64,000 bases of DNA from Macrostomum hystrix (GCA_950097015.1 CATNEN010000010.1:372001-436000), one strand, 5' to 3'. Counted from the stretch's first letter, positions 30,900 through 46,152 are shown. Notes: generated from the sequence alone by a model not told the origin. Numbers and translations are program-made.

Positions 30900-32361
30900 G
30901 AGAGTGGGCGAGAGACGTCACTGAGGGTGAGATCAATATCATATCTATAGCATTTTGCCATCAAGCACTTGTAGATAAGCAGTCAACGGAAACATGGCTG
31001 AAGTCAGGATTATTTTATTAAGCATTTTTTGTGAAGCGCAAAGCGTCACGAAAAAATGAATAAGTAATTAGGAATCAATTCAGCGGCCTGTGACATGTTG
31101 CTTCAGGAAAGAAAAAACCGATGCCCTGTCCACCGCATTGATCACACGGGAATTAAAGTGCATTGGCTTGTCACAGATGGATTTGCATATTATTCATGCT
31201 CGGAGGGGACATGCCGAGCTGCCAGACGGTTTGACAGGCACACCGCTGCCAGTTCGGCACAATGCAACAGTCCAGAGCTCTCTCAGGGTGCAGCGGACAG
31301 GGTCGTACGCAAAAGTGCAGCCCGCGCGGCTCAGCCGATTGCCAACATCCGGTCAGGGGTGTAGGCCCACACCGCTTCATCAGTTTCGAACCATTCGATA
31401 AGAAATGAACCAGACTGAATTCGAGCTTCAGACAGTCATTCTGGACCAGCGATAGCAGAGTTCCAACTCGGAGCGGAAATTTGCCTCAGTAATTTTAATC
31501 AGAGGGGAGCTTCATTTTCCCACTGCTCGGCAGTCACTCAAGTGGCCACTTCCTCTTTCGAAATACTCGTATTATACGTTTTCTTCACATTGCTCATATA
31601 GACGTTACTGTTAGAGTTTATCCTTGATTTGACTTAGCTGTAGCGTGCATCCGACCGGCGGCTGGCTACCAGCTACGCTTCGCAGAAGAAGCAGTGCCGC
31701 TCCGATCGAGGGACCCGTCGATCTACGGTGTGCCGCAGGTATCGGCCTACCAGGTAGATGTTCTGTTGTCTGCAAGAGTTGGAGAGGTCGCTGGGTTTGG
31801 CTTGAGATACTTGAGTCTTGAGAGCCCTGGCCAAGACCGGGCAGTGGCAGATAAAGTTCTCCGCGTTTCACAGTCAAAGCTGCACAAGAGACGCAAAACT
31901 ATCCGCTAGGACTTGGCCTTGAAGGAAACAGTGGCTATACAGAATCAGCCATGCCCCGAGAGGGCCATTGCTGACTGCTCTGAGATGGCTGCGGCTGAGC
32001 TTTATGGGAGCTCTGAGCAGCTGAGGGTTTATTCTTGGTACACGAGCTAATTTAGGAGTCCTTTTAAACTGAGCTGATGAAGGGAGTAGTGGAGTTTAAG
32101 TCGGGCTGCTGAGGAATCTGTTACTCCTGCGTGCTCTGTCTGAAGAGAATATGTAATCTCTAGGTCTGTCTAGGGACCAAAACTCTATAATGGCTACTGG
32201 CAGCGTATCCTAGAAGTGTTTAGATGCGTTTCCTAAGATGCGACAATTTTAGAGTTAGCAAAATTAGATACGTAGCTGCAAAGCTTTCTAAACTGTGAGC
32301 CAAACCGACGTAACTGTGGCGGTTGCGTTGCTGCACTGAGAGTTAGGACACAGTCACAGTC

Positions 32362-32885
32362 CTCACTGTGAGTGAGGACAGTAAGGGTGAGGACAGCGAG
32401 AGTGAGGACAGCGAGAATCAGGACAGTGAGGGTGAGGACAGTGAGGGTGAGGACAGCGAGAGTGATGGTGAGGACAGTGAGAGTGAGGACAGTGAGGGTG
32501 AGGACAGTGAGGGTGAGGACAGTGAGAGTGAGGACAGTGAGGGTGAGGACAGCGAGAGTGAGGGTGAGGACAGTGAAAGTGAGGATAGGGAAAGTGAAGA
32601 CAGTGAGGGTGAGGACAGCGAGAATTAGGACAGTGAGGGTGAGGAGTGAGAGTAAAGACAGTGAGGGTGAGGACAGTGAGGGTGAGGAGTGAGAGTAAAG
32701 ACAGTGAGGGTGAGGACAGTGAGGGTGAGGACAGTGAGAGTAAAGACAGTGAGGGTGAGGACAGCGAGAGTGAGGACAGCGAGATTGAGGACAGCGAGAA
32801 TTAGGACGTGAGGGTGAGGACAGTGAGAGTGAGGACAGTGAGAGTGAGGACAGTGAGGGTGATGATGAGGACAGTGAGGCTGAGA
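32362..32885. repeat. Degenerate minisatellite, about 15-bp unit
   Basis: Unit GAG(G/A)GTGAGGACAG(T/C) with interruptions and in-frame stops. Confidence 0.9.
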
Positions 32886-33291
32886 ACAGTGAGTCAAGGA
32901 AGTGGGAGTGAGGGCGATGAGAGTAGGCGCAAAATCGCTGTAGGATCACAAGCAAACAATCACGAGGCGCTCGCAAGCATTAACAAAAAGAAAATCAACA
33001 GAAAATAATTCTTGTACCGAGAGTTCGAACACTTATTTTGCTTTGTTAGGCGTAGAAACACCGAAAAGGGTGTATTTTTCGATTTAAACTATTTAAAAGC
33101 ATTTGTTTGACAGGATATCCTTCGAGAGCATAACTTGAGAAAGCGATTGAGGCTATTATCTTATTGACTGGATTTAAAGAAATTGCTTGTTCTATGCTTT
33201 GACAAAAATAGAACTGGGGATATTTTGCTTTAAACTGTTAGACATAAAATGTTCATTGCGTCACTATCGCAAATTAGCTCCTCCAGCTTCT

Positions 33292-34680
<1,389 letters not shown>

Positions 34681-35092
34681 TTACTTGCAATTAAAAGCTC
34701 AGCTAGGAATGAAGTTTTCTTGTTAGAAAATAGGAGCTTGGTTGTAAGCGCGCTCGCCGTGGTTAGCTTTATAGTGGAGTTTTGGGGGTGCTCGCAGTTG
34801 TCTATGATTCAATCTTTATTTTTACACGCGTCGTTAGGACTACGAGTGTCTGACGTTGAATCTTGTGCGTTGGGTGGCCTTTTGGTAAGCCAATTGGAAT
34901 GGCCTGAGTGTACAAAGCCGCCCATTCTGTCACGCGCTACACGCGTGTTTGGGTGGGTTTCGGAGTTGGAGGGTCTTCGGGGTGGGGTGACGCCACGTCA
35001 ACCTCCTCCCTCTCTTTAGTCACATGATTTTCCGTCCTTCATACGCACTCAGTCCACCTTGCTTGTTGGGCATGTGGAACTTTATTTTCAGT

Positions 35093-35119
35093 TTCTCGAA
35101 ATATCGTGAGATTCGTGAA
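35093..35119. promoter_or_regulatory. Possible heat-shock elements upstream of polyubiquitin
   Basis: Two TTCnnGAA dyads (35093-35100 and 35112-35119) lie about 430 bp upstream of the ATG. Polyubiquitin genes are commonly HSF targets. Such short motifs can arise by chance. Confidence 0.35.
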
Positions 35120-37142
35120 ATATCAGTATGGAAATAAATGAATTATTCTCTCCAGTCCACAGTTAAGCGTTATGCTAAACTGATGGAAACAAAAAACATT
35201 TCAAACACAAGAATCAATATGTGAATTCTGCACTGAATCAAAGTTTTTTGCGGACTAGTTTTTTACGGACTAGTTCTCCTAATCAGAATTGTCATCGCTT
35301 CGCTACCTATCTCTATTTCTTAACTGAACTGTACCAAGACAAGTGTCTGTATTTTCTAATGCTGTTAGTTTGCTACACGTTATTTTGTAATGCAACTTGT
35401 AATACACCTTGCGCCAAATAATTTCCGCCAAATGCGCCACTGAATTCATCCATCAACCCGCAGTCGAAAATCTTGATAGTTTCAAAGGCTCAATTGTTCA
35501 TATTGCGCATATCCGGTGCAATCTTAATTTTACTAAGGACAGCGCTGACAAAATGGAGCAGCCCTAGCCCCTAGCAGTTGCAGGCCTTGCAGCAGCTTCT
35601 GCAAAGGCAGGAAGGAAGGGGGCGATAAGAAGGAAAGAATGGAGATACAGCAGACGCATTGGAGAGAAAGGGGTGAGAGGCCGGGACAGGCCGAGGCAGG
35701 GACAAAAATCGATAACGTCCCTGCTACCCTCCTGCCCGCTGCCGCACAGGGAGAAGGAGTGAGCCACTCAGCGAACAGCTGACTGCTAAGAATTTTTGTA
35801 CGTGCAGGAAAACAACGTACATGCACTCAACGTACTGCACTCAGGCCCTTCCAAGCCCTGCCCAGGCTTGTGGGTTGGATGAGACTGGGACAGGAAATGA
35901 AAATATCGATTTAATTTCATGTGACTCGAGAAAGCGAAAATGTGGGCCGTTGGCAAAGCAAGGCTTTGAATACTGTATACGCATGCGATACTGTACAGTG
36001 TATAGTGTACAATGGTCTTCACGAAAAAACCCGATATTTCTGTTGGTATGGTAACGCCGCCCAGTGCTCACAGTGTTTGCCTCCAGCCCCGCCCGTCTAC
36101 TGCCTGCCTGTCTCTATGTCTACTATTCTACGTGTATAGTTCTTATTCTCAGCCTCACACGATTTTTCGGTTGGCAGTTGTACTTGTACCTCTTTTATCT
36201 GACAACTACGTCTACGAGTTATAAGTCTAGAATTGAATGCACAGGGCATTTACATTTTCAGTTCTATTTTATTTTTGAATCGAATTTCAAAGATTTAAAT
36301 TTATTATGCTTGAATTGAAGCCAAAAAGAAAACTGTAAAAGTGATAAAACGGCCTGTCTCAGAAGTCAGAACCTTGGCAGTAGCCGACTCAAAGAGGCAT
36401 AATTATTTAATTTTCAATACCATTTGCTTTATAATTATTGTAGTACCCTCCCACCTGTTGTCTGTTGTCACGCGGCCAGGCCAGTCCAAGGGCGAAAACT
36501 GGATTAATTGGGGCAATGGCAATGCCAGGTGTCAATATTTTTGTGTCAAAAGGCGGCCCAAGGTCAAAGTACATGCAGTCACCACTGGACTCGACCCAAC
36601 TGACGATCAATCGGGCCATTTTAAACAACTATTTTAGTGAAGTGAACTCGCACTTATAAGTGCGATCAAAGCTAAGGCTAAAAGTCCAAAGTTTAAAAGA
36701 GTGAGACTGAAAATATTAAAGAGTGCTAGCGTGTGCTTTTTGCCATAGAGGCACGAGTTGGCGTTTATGAACATTCTCATTTGACTCACATCATTCTACC
36801 ATAGACACAATCAATTCTGCATGCCTCGGGGCAGGGACAACAAAAACTAAAACTGGTTCTTATTCTTTAAATTAAATACTCGACATTGCCTCGCTTTACT
36901 ATAATAAAGCCTAATAATAATAATAATAATAACCTAATAATGCCTCGCTTTATATTTAATCTAACCGATAATGCCTGATAGCAGAGAAGACTTGAAATAG
37001 CCATAGAACAATACTTTTAAGCGAGCCCCTCAGATTTTTTGCCATGAATTGGCTCGTTTCGCGTCCCGAGGGTTTTAGTTGTCCCTGCCTCGGGGTTACA
37101 AAATTAACGTAACTGTGCAACTATAGAGTATAGACCTTAGAC

Positions 37143-37527
37143 GAGGAGTCGGCAAACTCGGGCCCGTGGGCCAGATGCGGCCCTCGAAGCTATCAAATCC
37201 GGCACGTTGCCCTTCCAACACCAATAGTATTCTGTCTCATATATCCTGTCTCATCTCTCCCGTGTCTCCCACCTCTCCCCCATCTCATCTCTTCCCTTTC
37301 TCGTCTCTCCCCCGTCTCATCTCTTCCCTTTCTCGTCTATCCCCTGTCTCATCTAATCCCGTGTCTCATTTATACCGTGTCTCATCGACCCGTGTCTTAT
37401 CTCTCCTGTGTCTCATCTCCCCCTGTCTTATCTCTCTCCTTTCTCATATTCCTACAGTCAATGCGGCCCGCTGTCGTCTTTTAGGTTCTCTCCGTGGCCC
37501 GTACGCTACTAAGTTTGCCAACCCCTG
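37143..37527 (+). mobile_element. Non-autonomous hAT (Charlie/MER58-like) MITE with an internal CT-rich repeat
   Basis: Degenerate TIRs GAGGAGTCGGCAAACT and AGTTTGCCAACCCCTG, with the subterminal GGCCCGTGGGCCAGATGCGGCCC. It is an inverted homolog of 38064-38609. Confidence 0.85.
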
Positions 37528-38063
37528 CGATGGACGAAATAAATTCTACAAAATTTAGCGCGAATGATAGCCGATCCTGCTTGCTGCAGAGTCAAACGAT
37601 AATGAGAAATATTTGTCTACGCTGGTAGAACATGCTTTTGGATGAAAAATCGCTGTAACAGTCGAAAAAAGTTATGCCCTTACGAGTATTTTGATTGCAG
37701 ACGTTTGGAATATGCACAGCTTATTAAAAATTCAGTGAGCAACCTGCAGAACAATACATTATGCTCATTATACGCTAAGAAGCCTGCTCTTGTCTATCTT
37801 CTGACAATCCAGTTACGCAGGTTATTCTGCTGTTAGTAGTATCACCGAATGTATTAATTTGGTTGCCAATGTGCAACTCAATAAAAATGGGTTTGGACGA
37901 AAAAATTGAAATCCTCAGACTTAAAGTAGGTGATATTTTTTACGTGAACGCATTGACTCGATTCTCAATGATAAAGCTTGTTTTGAAAATTAATTTTATT
38001 GCCAAGCTACGTATACACTGGGGCAATCAACTGGAATATACTTTTTAAACCTACACTCTACAG

Positions 38064-38609
38064 CAGGGGTCGGCAAACTTTTTAGCGAGCGGGCCACGGA
38101 GAGAACCTATAGGACGACAGCGGGCCGTATTAACTGTAGGAATATGAGAAAGGGGAGAGATGAGACACAGGATAGATGAGATGAGAAATGGGAGAGATGA
38201 GAAATGGGAGAGATGAGAAGTGGGAGAGATGAGAAGTGGGAGAGATGAGAAATGGGAGAGATGAGAAATGGGAGAGATGAGAAATGGGAGAGATGAGAAA
38301 TGGGAGAGATGAGAAATGGGAGAGATGATAAATGGGAGAGATTGGACACAGGATAGATGAGAAATGGGAGAGATGAGACACCGGATAGATTAGACAGGGG
38401 AGGGATGAGCCAGAGATGAGAATAGATAAGACTGGAGAGAGACGGGAGACACGGCAGAGATGAGACAGGGGAGAGATAATTAGACACTGGACAGATAAGA
38501 CACTGGAGAGATGAGATAGGATACTATAGGTGGTGGAAGGGGCAACGGGCCAGATTTAGGGGCTTCGAGGGCCGCATCTGGCCCGCGGGCCGGAGTTTGC
38601 CGACCCCTG
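38064..38609 (-). mobile_element. Non-autonomous hAT (Charlie/MER58-like) MITE with an internal 16-bp GA-rich array
   Basis: Perfect TIRs CAGGGGTCGGCAAACT and AGTTTGCCGACCCCTG. The 8-bp TSD CTCTACAG/CGCTACAG matches 7/8 with a central TA. Confidence 0.92.
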
Positions 38610-39362
38610 CGCTACAGCTTAATATGGCCTGTACTGCCACTTTATCGATTCCGTTAGTTTTTTTCTGAATAAGCTCAATATTAATAGTATGGCAAAAGTG
38701 ATTCATTCATAATTCGTTTAATTTGTGAAATTGACACGTGTACACGCTCAAACTGGTAAACTGTACACCTAAGAAGTACATTTAAACATTAGTTTATAAA
38801 GAATAATTCTTTCAGGAGCTCTCTTACTATAGAATTACTGACCGGACTATTTATCCAGTCCAGCGCAATAAAAACGTCCCATTTATATTTTTTCGCATTT
38901 TATGTGCATTTTTCGAATGCACAAATTATTTATGGATGAGCTAATTGTTGTTATAATTCTGTATATGAACATATACAGCGAGGTGTTCTCATGATGCTTG
39001 TAGAATATGCAGGGGGTTTGCAACGCATGATTCGCTCTTCAAGGGGCCTCATTTAGCTATTCTAGTTTCCTTCTGAGCGCATTGCTTTCCATTGCAGCAG
39101 GTGCAGCAAGCCTAGGCAGCCTGAAATGGTTAAAAAGTGCCCACAATGCCCCAGACCCTCAAGACTAAAAATGATACCAATTGAGACTTGCTGTTGGAAG
39201 CCTCGAAGGACAATGGAGTCGCAAGAATAAGTGTGTGTCGCGTGTGCATCGTGCGTTCACCCAGTGCGCCCTACACTCATAAAATATTAGAGCAGAGCAG
39301 ACAGATCGAGCACGAGTTTGAGCTGTTTCATCTAACCCAAGACGCGCCTTGCTAAGGCAAAA

Positions 39363-42300
39363 ATGGAAGCCTCAAGTCGTTTGATGGTCAAAATTTCCGA
39401 GGAGCTTCGGCGAAGTCAGCAGAATCTAATTGCCCAGCAGGACGAGCTGCGGTCCGAAGGCAAGCTGTTCGTGGACCCGGAGTTTCCCGCCGACGACTCT
39501 GTACTGCCAGACGATGTGTACGAGGCTCTTCCGCCTGGAGCTGAAATCGTCTGGAAGCGACCTCTGGTAAGATATAAGTTGCAAAGGTTCGAGAAAATTT
39601 TATGACACTTCATATACTTTTGTTTAGAAGTACAAGGAACCTATTTGCTAACGCAACAATTTAGGAGTTTTGTGACACTGCAAAGTTTGTCAGCGATGGA
39701 ACAAGCCGATTTGATGTTCGTCAAGGTGCCATTGGTCAGTCAGAATGTTGCTCTTATGTTTCATCTGGAAATTGCAGTGTGAGATTAGATTGTGATATAA
39801 TATTTTTTCCATTGTATCAGGGGACTGCTGGTTACTGGCAGCCGTTGCTTCACTTTCGATGCACCAGGAATTGTTCAACCAAGTGGTACCAATCGATCAG
39901 GAGTTCCTTGACCAAAGCTACTGTGGTATGTTCAAATTTCGCTTTTGGATGTTCGGCGAGTGGAAGGACATCTGGATTGATGACCGGTTGCCAACCTGTG
40001 GCGACCGGTTGATCTTCATGCACTCGACAGACTCGGACGAGTTCTGGTCGGCCCTGTTGGAGAAGGCCTACGCAAAAACGATGGGCAGTTACCGAGCTCT
40101 TATTGGCGGCTCCAGCTCGGAGGCTATGGAAGACTTCACGGGCGGAATCACCGAGTTCTTTGACCTTCTTAATGCATCCCCTGCTGACCTGTTTGAGACC
40201 ATGCACAAGGCAACTAAGAGGTGTTCGTTGATGGGCTGCGGCATCAACGCAAATCCAAGTCAAATCGAAGCCCGATTGGACAATGGACTGATCATGGGGC
40301 ACGCGTACTCCATCACAGCCGTTGAGAAGGTCTGTACTCTCTGCCTGATGTTTTAATACTATTGTGCCAAGTTTTCATATTAGTCTGAATTTCGCACTTT
40401 CAGGTGGAACTTCTCTCTAGTGAGCAAGAGTCTCTCGTTAGAATCAGAAATCCTTGGGGCAATGAGGAAGAGTGGAAGGGCAGCTGGGGCGACAATTCCA
40501 GCGAATGGGAGCAGCTCAGTGACAAGGAAAAGCAACGCATCGGGTTGTCGAACGAGGACGATGGTGAGTTTTGGATGAGCTTCTCGGACTTCGTGGAAAA
40601 CTTCCACAAAGTGGAGATCTGCCACCTTGGACCGGACTCCTTGTCAAGTGGGCAGGACGGTACTGCGGGCAAGACGCGCTGGGAGGCCATCACACATCAC
40701 GGCAGCTGGACTCGCAACGTCAACGCCGGAGGCTGTCGCAAATACCTGGACTCCTTCTGGCTGAATCCACAGTTCCGTGTGAAGGTAGTGGATCCTGATG
40801 AGGGAGATGACGAGGACCTGGGGTCAATCATCATCGGTCTGATGCAGAAGAACATGCGAAAGCAAGGCGCTGCAAACAACTTCATCGGCTACATCCTCTA
40901 CCAGGTGAACGAGTCTGACCCGCCAGGTCCGAAGGACATGAACTTCTTTAAGTATCAGGCCAGTGCGGCGAGGTCGCCAACTTTTGGAGACAGCAGAGAG
41001 ATCACAGGGCGCCACAAGCTAGCACCAGGTACCTACATAATAGTGCCCAGCACCTTCGATCCCAATATGGAGGCTGAGTTCCTTCTCAGGATCTACTCCG
41101 AGCAGCCAAATGAGTCGGAAGAAGTAGACGATGTCGTGAACGTGCCGGATATCAAAGTGAGTTAAGTGATATGATCTATTAAGTCGGGATAGCTTGGGTT
41201 CATACTCGAAACCTAGCCATGTAAACTTCAACGAAATTCAGGACATGGGAATTGCCGATGGTGAGGCAGACACCGTGAAGACGGACACAAAGCTCATGGA
41301 GAGGGAAAAACTTCTCGAGGAAGCCGCATGCAAAGCGTTTGCCATTCTGATGGGCGAGCAGCCGGGCTTCGTCGTGGATGACCTGATGGAGATCCTGAAC
41401 CAGGCATTCACCAGATCAGGTATGGGCTGGGACAATCCACGCAAAGCCGTAATGACTCCGCATGCGTGTTTCACAACCTTTAATTTTCAAATCCCTTAAA
41501 TTTTATATCCCTGAAAGTTCACACCCCCAAATTACCCAACTTCAAAATTTACCATCCCTCAAATTTAATATCCTCCAAATTTCAAGAGTTAAGAGAGTTA
41601 GGGGATATGCTATTTGCGGGGTCGTGGTTAGGGTTAGGGTTAGGGTTAGGAAAGAACCCCATCTAATTTACGAGCTCGTAGCTCACTTTTAGCATTCTTA
41701 GAAGTAAAAGCAAATGTAATAACTGGCCAACTAATCTCAGGTCCCAAGGGATTCAAAGGCTTCTCCAAAGAGGCCTGTCGCTCGCTTCTGGCGTTTGTCG
41801 ATGTGGACCAGAGCGGCTATCTGCAGTTCGACGAGTTCAAGGCATTGTGGAAATGCCTTCGACTTTGGAGCGCCGTGTTCAAGGCCTTCGACACTGACAA
41901 CTCCGGAGACTTCAACAGCTTTGAGCTGCGGACCGCGCTGGGCCGCATGGGTACGATGTACTTTCGTTCTGCCGAGCTTTAGCTTCGAAGTGTATAATAC
42001 GAGCTATAGTGTAATGTTTTCAGCCAGAGTTTTAAACCGAAAGCAATAAGTACTAATTCATACGAGCTACTAATAGCTCGAAGCCTTGCAGGGCGGTCCG
42101 ATGGACACAGCGAGGAGGCGGGGGGTCGCCCATTCCGCTAGCTCGAAGCCTTTGATGCTCGTAAACTAATCGGTGAAATTTGAGCTCACTGACGCACTGA
42201 CTTAAACAAGGCCTTGATAATTGCAGGCTACAGAGTGCCCAACAAGATCTACCAATCGCTGGTGATGCGCTACGCGGACAAGTCCGGATCCATCAAGTTT

Positions 42301-42520
42301 GACGACTTTGTCATCCTTTGTGTTCGTCTAAAGACCATCCTGGAGAGCTTCAAAGCCCAGGACAGCGACAGCAAGGCCGAGGCTGCGTTTGGGCTGGATG
42401 AGGTAAGTGCTTAGACCAGCCACTGTTGCAACAACTCGACGGTTTAAAAAAAGATGTTAACTTCTATCTTTGAATTTCGCTCTTAACTTTCAGTTCCTTC
42501 AGCTGGCGCTGTACACTTAA
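39363..42520 (+). CDS. CAPN: Classical calpain (CysPc, domain III, penta-EF-hand), 8 exons
   Basis: Exons 39363-39566, 39665-39734, 39821-40329, 40404-41156, 41242-41419, 41741-41950, 42227-42402 and 42494-42520 join in frame. The catalytic triad is intact: QGAIGDCWLLAA, GHAYSIT, RIRNPWG. EF loops DVDQSGYLQFDEF and DTDNSGDFNSFE. Confidence 0.95.
41626..41650 (+). repeat. Short interstitial (TTAGGG)4 tract in a calpain intron
   Basis: GGTTAGGGTTAGGGTTAGGGTTAGG. Confidence 0.85.
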
Positions 42521-43929
42521 TGCACAGAGGACTGGCTCTGGGCGCCTGTCACTGACCATGCTAATAGAATTTAAAATTTGCTAATTAGCTCTATTTCTCT
42601 CGACTCAATTTCTCACTAGCTCAAGCCCATAGGTAACTGCACTAAGCGTTTTACCATCAGCGAATGAAAGTTCTTTGTTACGGATTTTTTTTGCGAAAAA
42701 AGCCTTTTACTCGTACTTGTATTTCGCTCAATATATGTGATTTTTACGCTCGTACTTGCCGAGTTTTAAACATTGGTTAATTGCTCAAAGTTGCTAAAAA
42801 ACTGTGAGATAAATATAATTGGCATCCTTTTATTGGTGCAGAATTGAGTATTTACTGCCTTGAAGCAATTGTTTTAGAATTTTGTTGTAGAACCGATGTG
42901 AGGTTGCCCTCGCGGATCAGTCAGTCGATGGACTCTGCGGCAGGAGATACCGCTTTAACCGGTCAGGGCCAGGAAAACTGGAACTCCTACTGCAAGCCTG
43001 TATCAACAATAATGGATGGAGGCCCTTACCATGATGGACGTGGATCATCTACTGGGATCTTAAGGCTGGGCCCATAAGGGCTGGAATTGACTAGTCAGAA
43101 GTCCGTAACTAATGCAGACAGTCTCAGATGCGGCAGATGCTTTCTGGATAGAAAGGCTGCATGTGTTAGTGCCTCCGTGATACGCATGACGCTGTTTAGC
43201 CGAAGATAGCACGGCGAGTTTCTACTTTTAGAAAATTTGCCCAACCTGAAAGCCCGCAAGTAGATCCTATCTATGAGATCTCAGACTGAAAACCCGAATT
43301 TGTCGTTGCATATGGCCATCGGAAAGGCTATCCTTGCATGTTTAGATTGGGTTGTACATGCATATTATAGAAGTTCAGATTCAGAAAAAGGATCGCAGCT
43401 CGTAAAACTAGCCGCTCAGATACACATTGGATTGCAAAGGTTTGGTGTCGAATGCGAATCTCTGCTGTTTTGTGCATACATTTACTGTCCTATTCTGCAC
43501 CTGGCAACTGTTATTGTAAACGAAAGCTTTCCACTTTGCAGCTGCAGCCACCCGAGTGTTGAACGATTATCCGGCCACTCAAACCCAGATGTGCAAGGCC
43601 TGGTTCACAGTTCTACACAGCTAAACCGACCGAATGCTAAAGCTAGAAATTCAGAGGGAGGAGAGAAAGCTACTGCAAGAGCTAAGGTGCCTGAACTTGT
43701 ACTTGCCAGTTTGTTGACTCAGCACACTCGCGCATTGCCCCAGCCTGCCCCACCTACCTCAGTTTATTTCTTATTGGCTGTCGGCCGCATCCATCCGCAA
43801 GGAGTAGCTGGGGTGGCCAGGATTCCAGGCTGCATAAAGTAAGCTGAGAGCACTCGAATCACACAGCCTGGAGAAACTGCAAGTAGCCAGACTACTCACA
43901 CTCAATTCAGTCATTCTGCAGGCTGGGAA

Positions 43930-46152
43930 ATGCAAGGTGAGTCCTCGTTTTCTCTCGCAGCTGAATTATCAATGATGACCCGCGCTGCCATCAACAACAC
44001 ACGCAGGACGCGGAGTCGAGTGCGATGCAGAGGCAACAAAGCCCAAGCAGCTGACACAGGCTGAATTAAAGCTGTGGTCCCAGCACCAGGCTGCAATGCT
44101 CAAGTACTTGCCCGTACTGCAGGAGGCCTACTACGCATTCTGCGACTCAGACGGCGATGCTGCCTGCACCATGGCACAGTTGCTCGGCAGTACCCCGGAG
44201 GTCCTGCGGTCCCCCAACCGCCACGGCCAGAATCCTTTAGCAGCCGCAGTGGCCGCCGACAACTGGTCAGCGGCCAGGTATTTCATTTCCTTGGCGGAGA
44301 CGTCCGGCAACTCGCGCTCTGCCAGGCAACGAGCGCCCGACACTGGCGAGGACGCCCTCACGCTGGCAGTTGGCGACGAGCCGGCAACTGACGAATACGT
44401 TCTTCGCAGGCTGGTGCGCCTCCAGGCCATGCACTGCGGCTGCCGATGCTGCTGTCAATGCCGAGGTGCCAAACCCAAGGCGTCCTCTGACTGCTGCCGC
44501 TTTGGCATAAATGTACATGGACGGAACGTGTTGCATGCAGCTGCTGCAGCTGCCGCTGCAGGGCGTCCGCGCGACCTTGGCCTGGTGCTAGACGAGCTAG
44601 GTGCAGTGCTCGACCTGCTGGAGCAGCGGCGGAGGGTAGCGAGCAAGAAGCCGGCATCGTCCTCTGATGCCAATCGGTTAAGGCCTTTAAAATGATTCAA
44701 TTCCCATCAGAGATTAGCTTTAGTCTATTTTAGACCATGGACCTTAAGCTCATTAATCAGCTGGATTCGTTTGAACAAGCTCATAACAGTAGAACTAGCA
44801 AGCGGCCCCGGTGAAATCTTTTTTTGCTGCGCCCGAACGGAGCAACGTAAGCACAAGAACACGGGCCAGAAACTCCGTCTTCGGTGGTAACGTCTAGATG
44901 GACAGCTGGACCTTCAAGGACTACAACAGGTGGATTTAGGCCACTATGGACACCTCTCCGATTTCACCGATCAAGCCTAAATATTAGGCGCAGCTGAACC
45001 ACAGGACACCCTCGCCTAGTCTGTCAACCAATCAGTCAACACCCAAGGCTGTTAGCATTCGGGCGCTGCCAAAATATTTTCAGGGCTGAGGGGAGAAATC
45101 GCCCTTCGTATAAAAACTTGCTGAAAAATGGCTTGGTAGTCCTACTGTAAATCCCGTGGTTCATGTATTCTACGAGCGTATTATCTAATCATTACTTTCT
45201 AACAATGTTCTCGATGTACAAAGTAATTCACATGTGACTAGCAATCCACTGACGTCCATCAAGCCCTATACTAGTGTCTTATCATAAATATTAAACGAAT
45301 TTCGTGCTTTCGTGCCTCGGTTCTGCAGTGATCAGCCTTCTTCGTTGCTCAGGCCGCCCAGCCAGTCAAGCGAGCAGCCGCAGGCAGATGAGGAGGACGG
45401 AGCCGAGGCCCAGCTGCAGAGCCTGATGGAGAGCCTGACGGAGGCGCTGAACTCAGCGGACAGCGATGGCTGGACGCCAGTGCATTGGATGGCCCGCGGT
45501 GTCGACGGCTCGGGTCTGCGCCAGCTTCTGGAGCTGTGCGGCCGGCACAGTCTGAGACCGGACTGGGAGGCTCGTCAGGCAGGCGGGCGCGGCCTCAGCC
45601 CGCTGGCTGCCGCAGCCGAAGCCGGCAACATCGAGGCTTGCAAGTTGCTGCTTAACGCCGGCCGTGCGAAGGTGAAAATTTGCTTTATTTTTACTTTAAG
45701 CATCGCGTTGCTTTATCCAACAAGTTCAAGGCCAAAGTGTTAAAAAAGGCTTCACTGAGCGAATTTGCGACACCACGCGGTTTCAGGTGGACCCAGAGGA
45801 CGACCAGTGGCTGCGAGCGGTTCCGGCCCCGACAGTACGTCGCCTGCTTTGCCATCACAGCCGGGGCCTGCTGGAGCCGATGGCCGAAGTGCCGCGGGAC
45901 AATCTGCGCCGTCTGGCCGAAGATCTCGCCGCCGGGCAGCTGCTGAGCAGCTTGCGGACCGGCCTGGAGGAGTTGATGAACGCCACGACAAGAGACTCCG
46001 AAGCCCTGCCGGAGCCGGTCGGGCAGCTGGAGGACTGGCTGGTCGCGCTGGACGGGCGCGGCGCGGCAGCTCGCTTGGCCGTGTGGCGCCAGCTGCGGCG
46101 GCTTGAGAGGCCGGACCTGGCTGGTGAGCTGGAGGTCGCACAGGACAGCTGA
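43930..46152 (+). CDS. Ankyrin-repeat and death-domain-like protein (4 exons, 461 aa)
   Basis: Exons 43930-43936, 44007-44676, 45329-45671 and 45787-46152 sum to 1386 nt in frame. Ankyrin motifs RHGQNPLAAAV, TGEDALTLAV, HGRNVLHAAA, DGWTPVHWMA and RGLSPLAAAAEAGNIEACKLLLNAG. The tail NLRRLAEDL...QLEDW...QLRRLERPDLAGEL is death-domain-like. The first exon and the 44676 donor are less certain. Confidence 0.75.

Noticed and set aside
28274-30964. Three 788-896-aa ORFs
   Set aside because: They are translations of a 31-bp tandem repeat that lacks stops on one strand; all three frames give the same 31-aa cycle.
31090-31909. Short GC-rich ORFs on both strands
   Set aside because: No consistent frame, splice pattern or recognisable motif.
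32233-32976. Acidic EDSE-repeat or hydrophobic LTVLT ORFs
   Set aside because: Products of a 15-bp minisatellite with internal stops and no splice context.
41626-41650. Telomere or chromosome-fusion scar
   Set aside because: Only four units inside an intact intron, with no inverted telomeric array.
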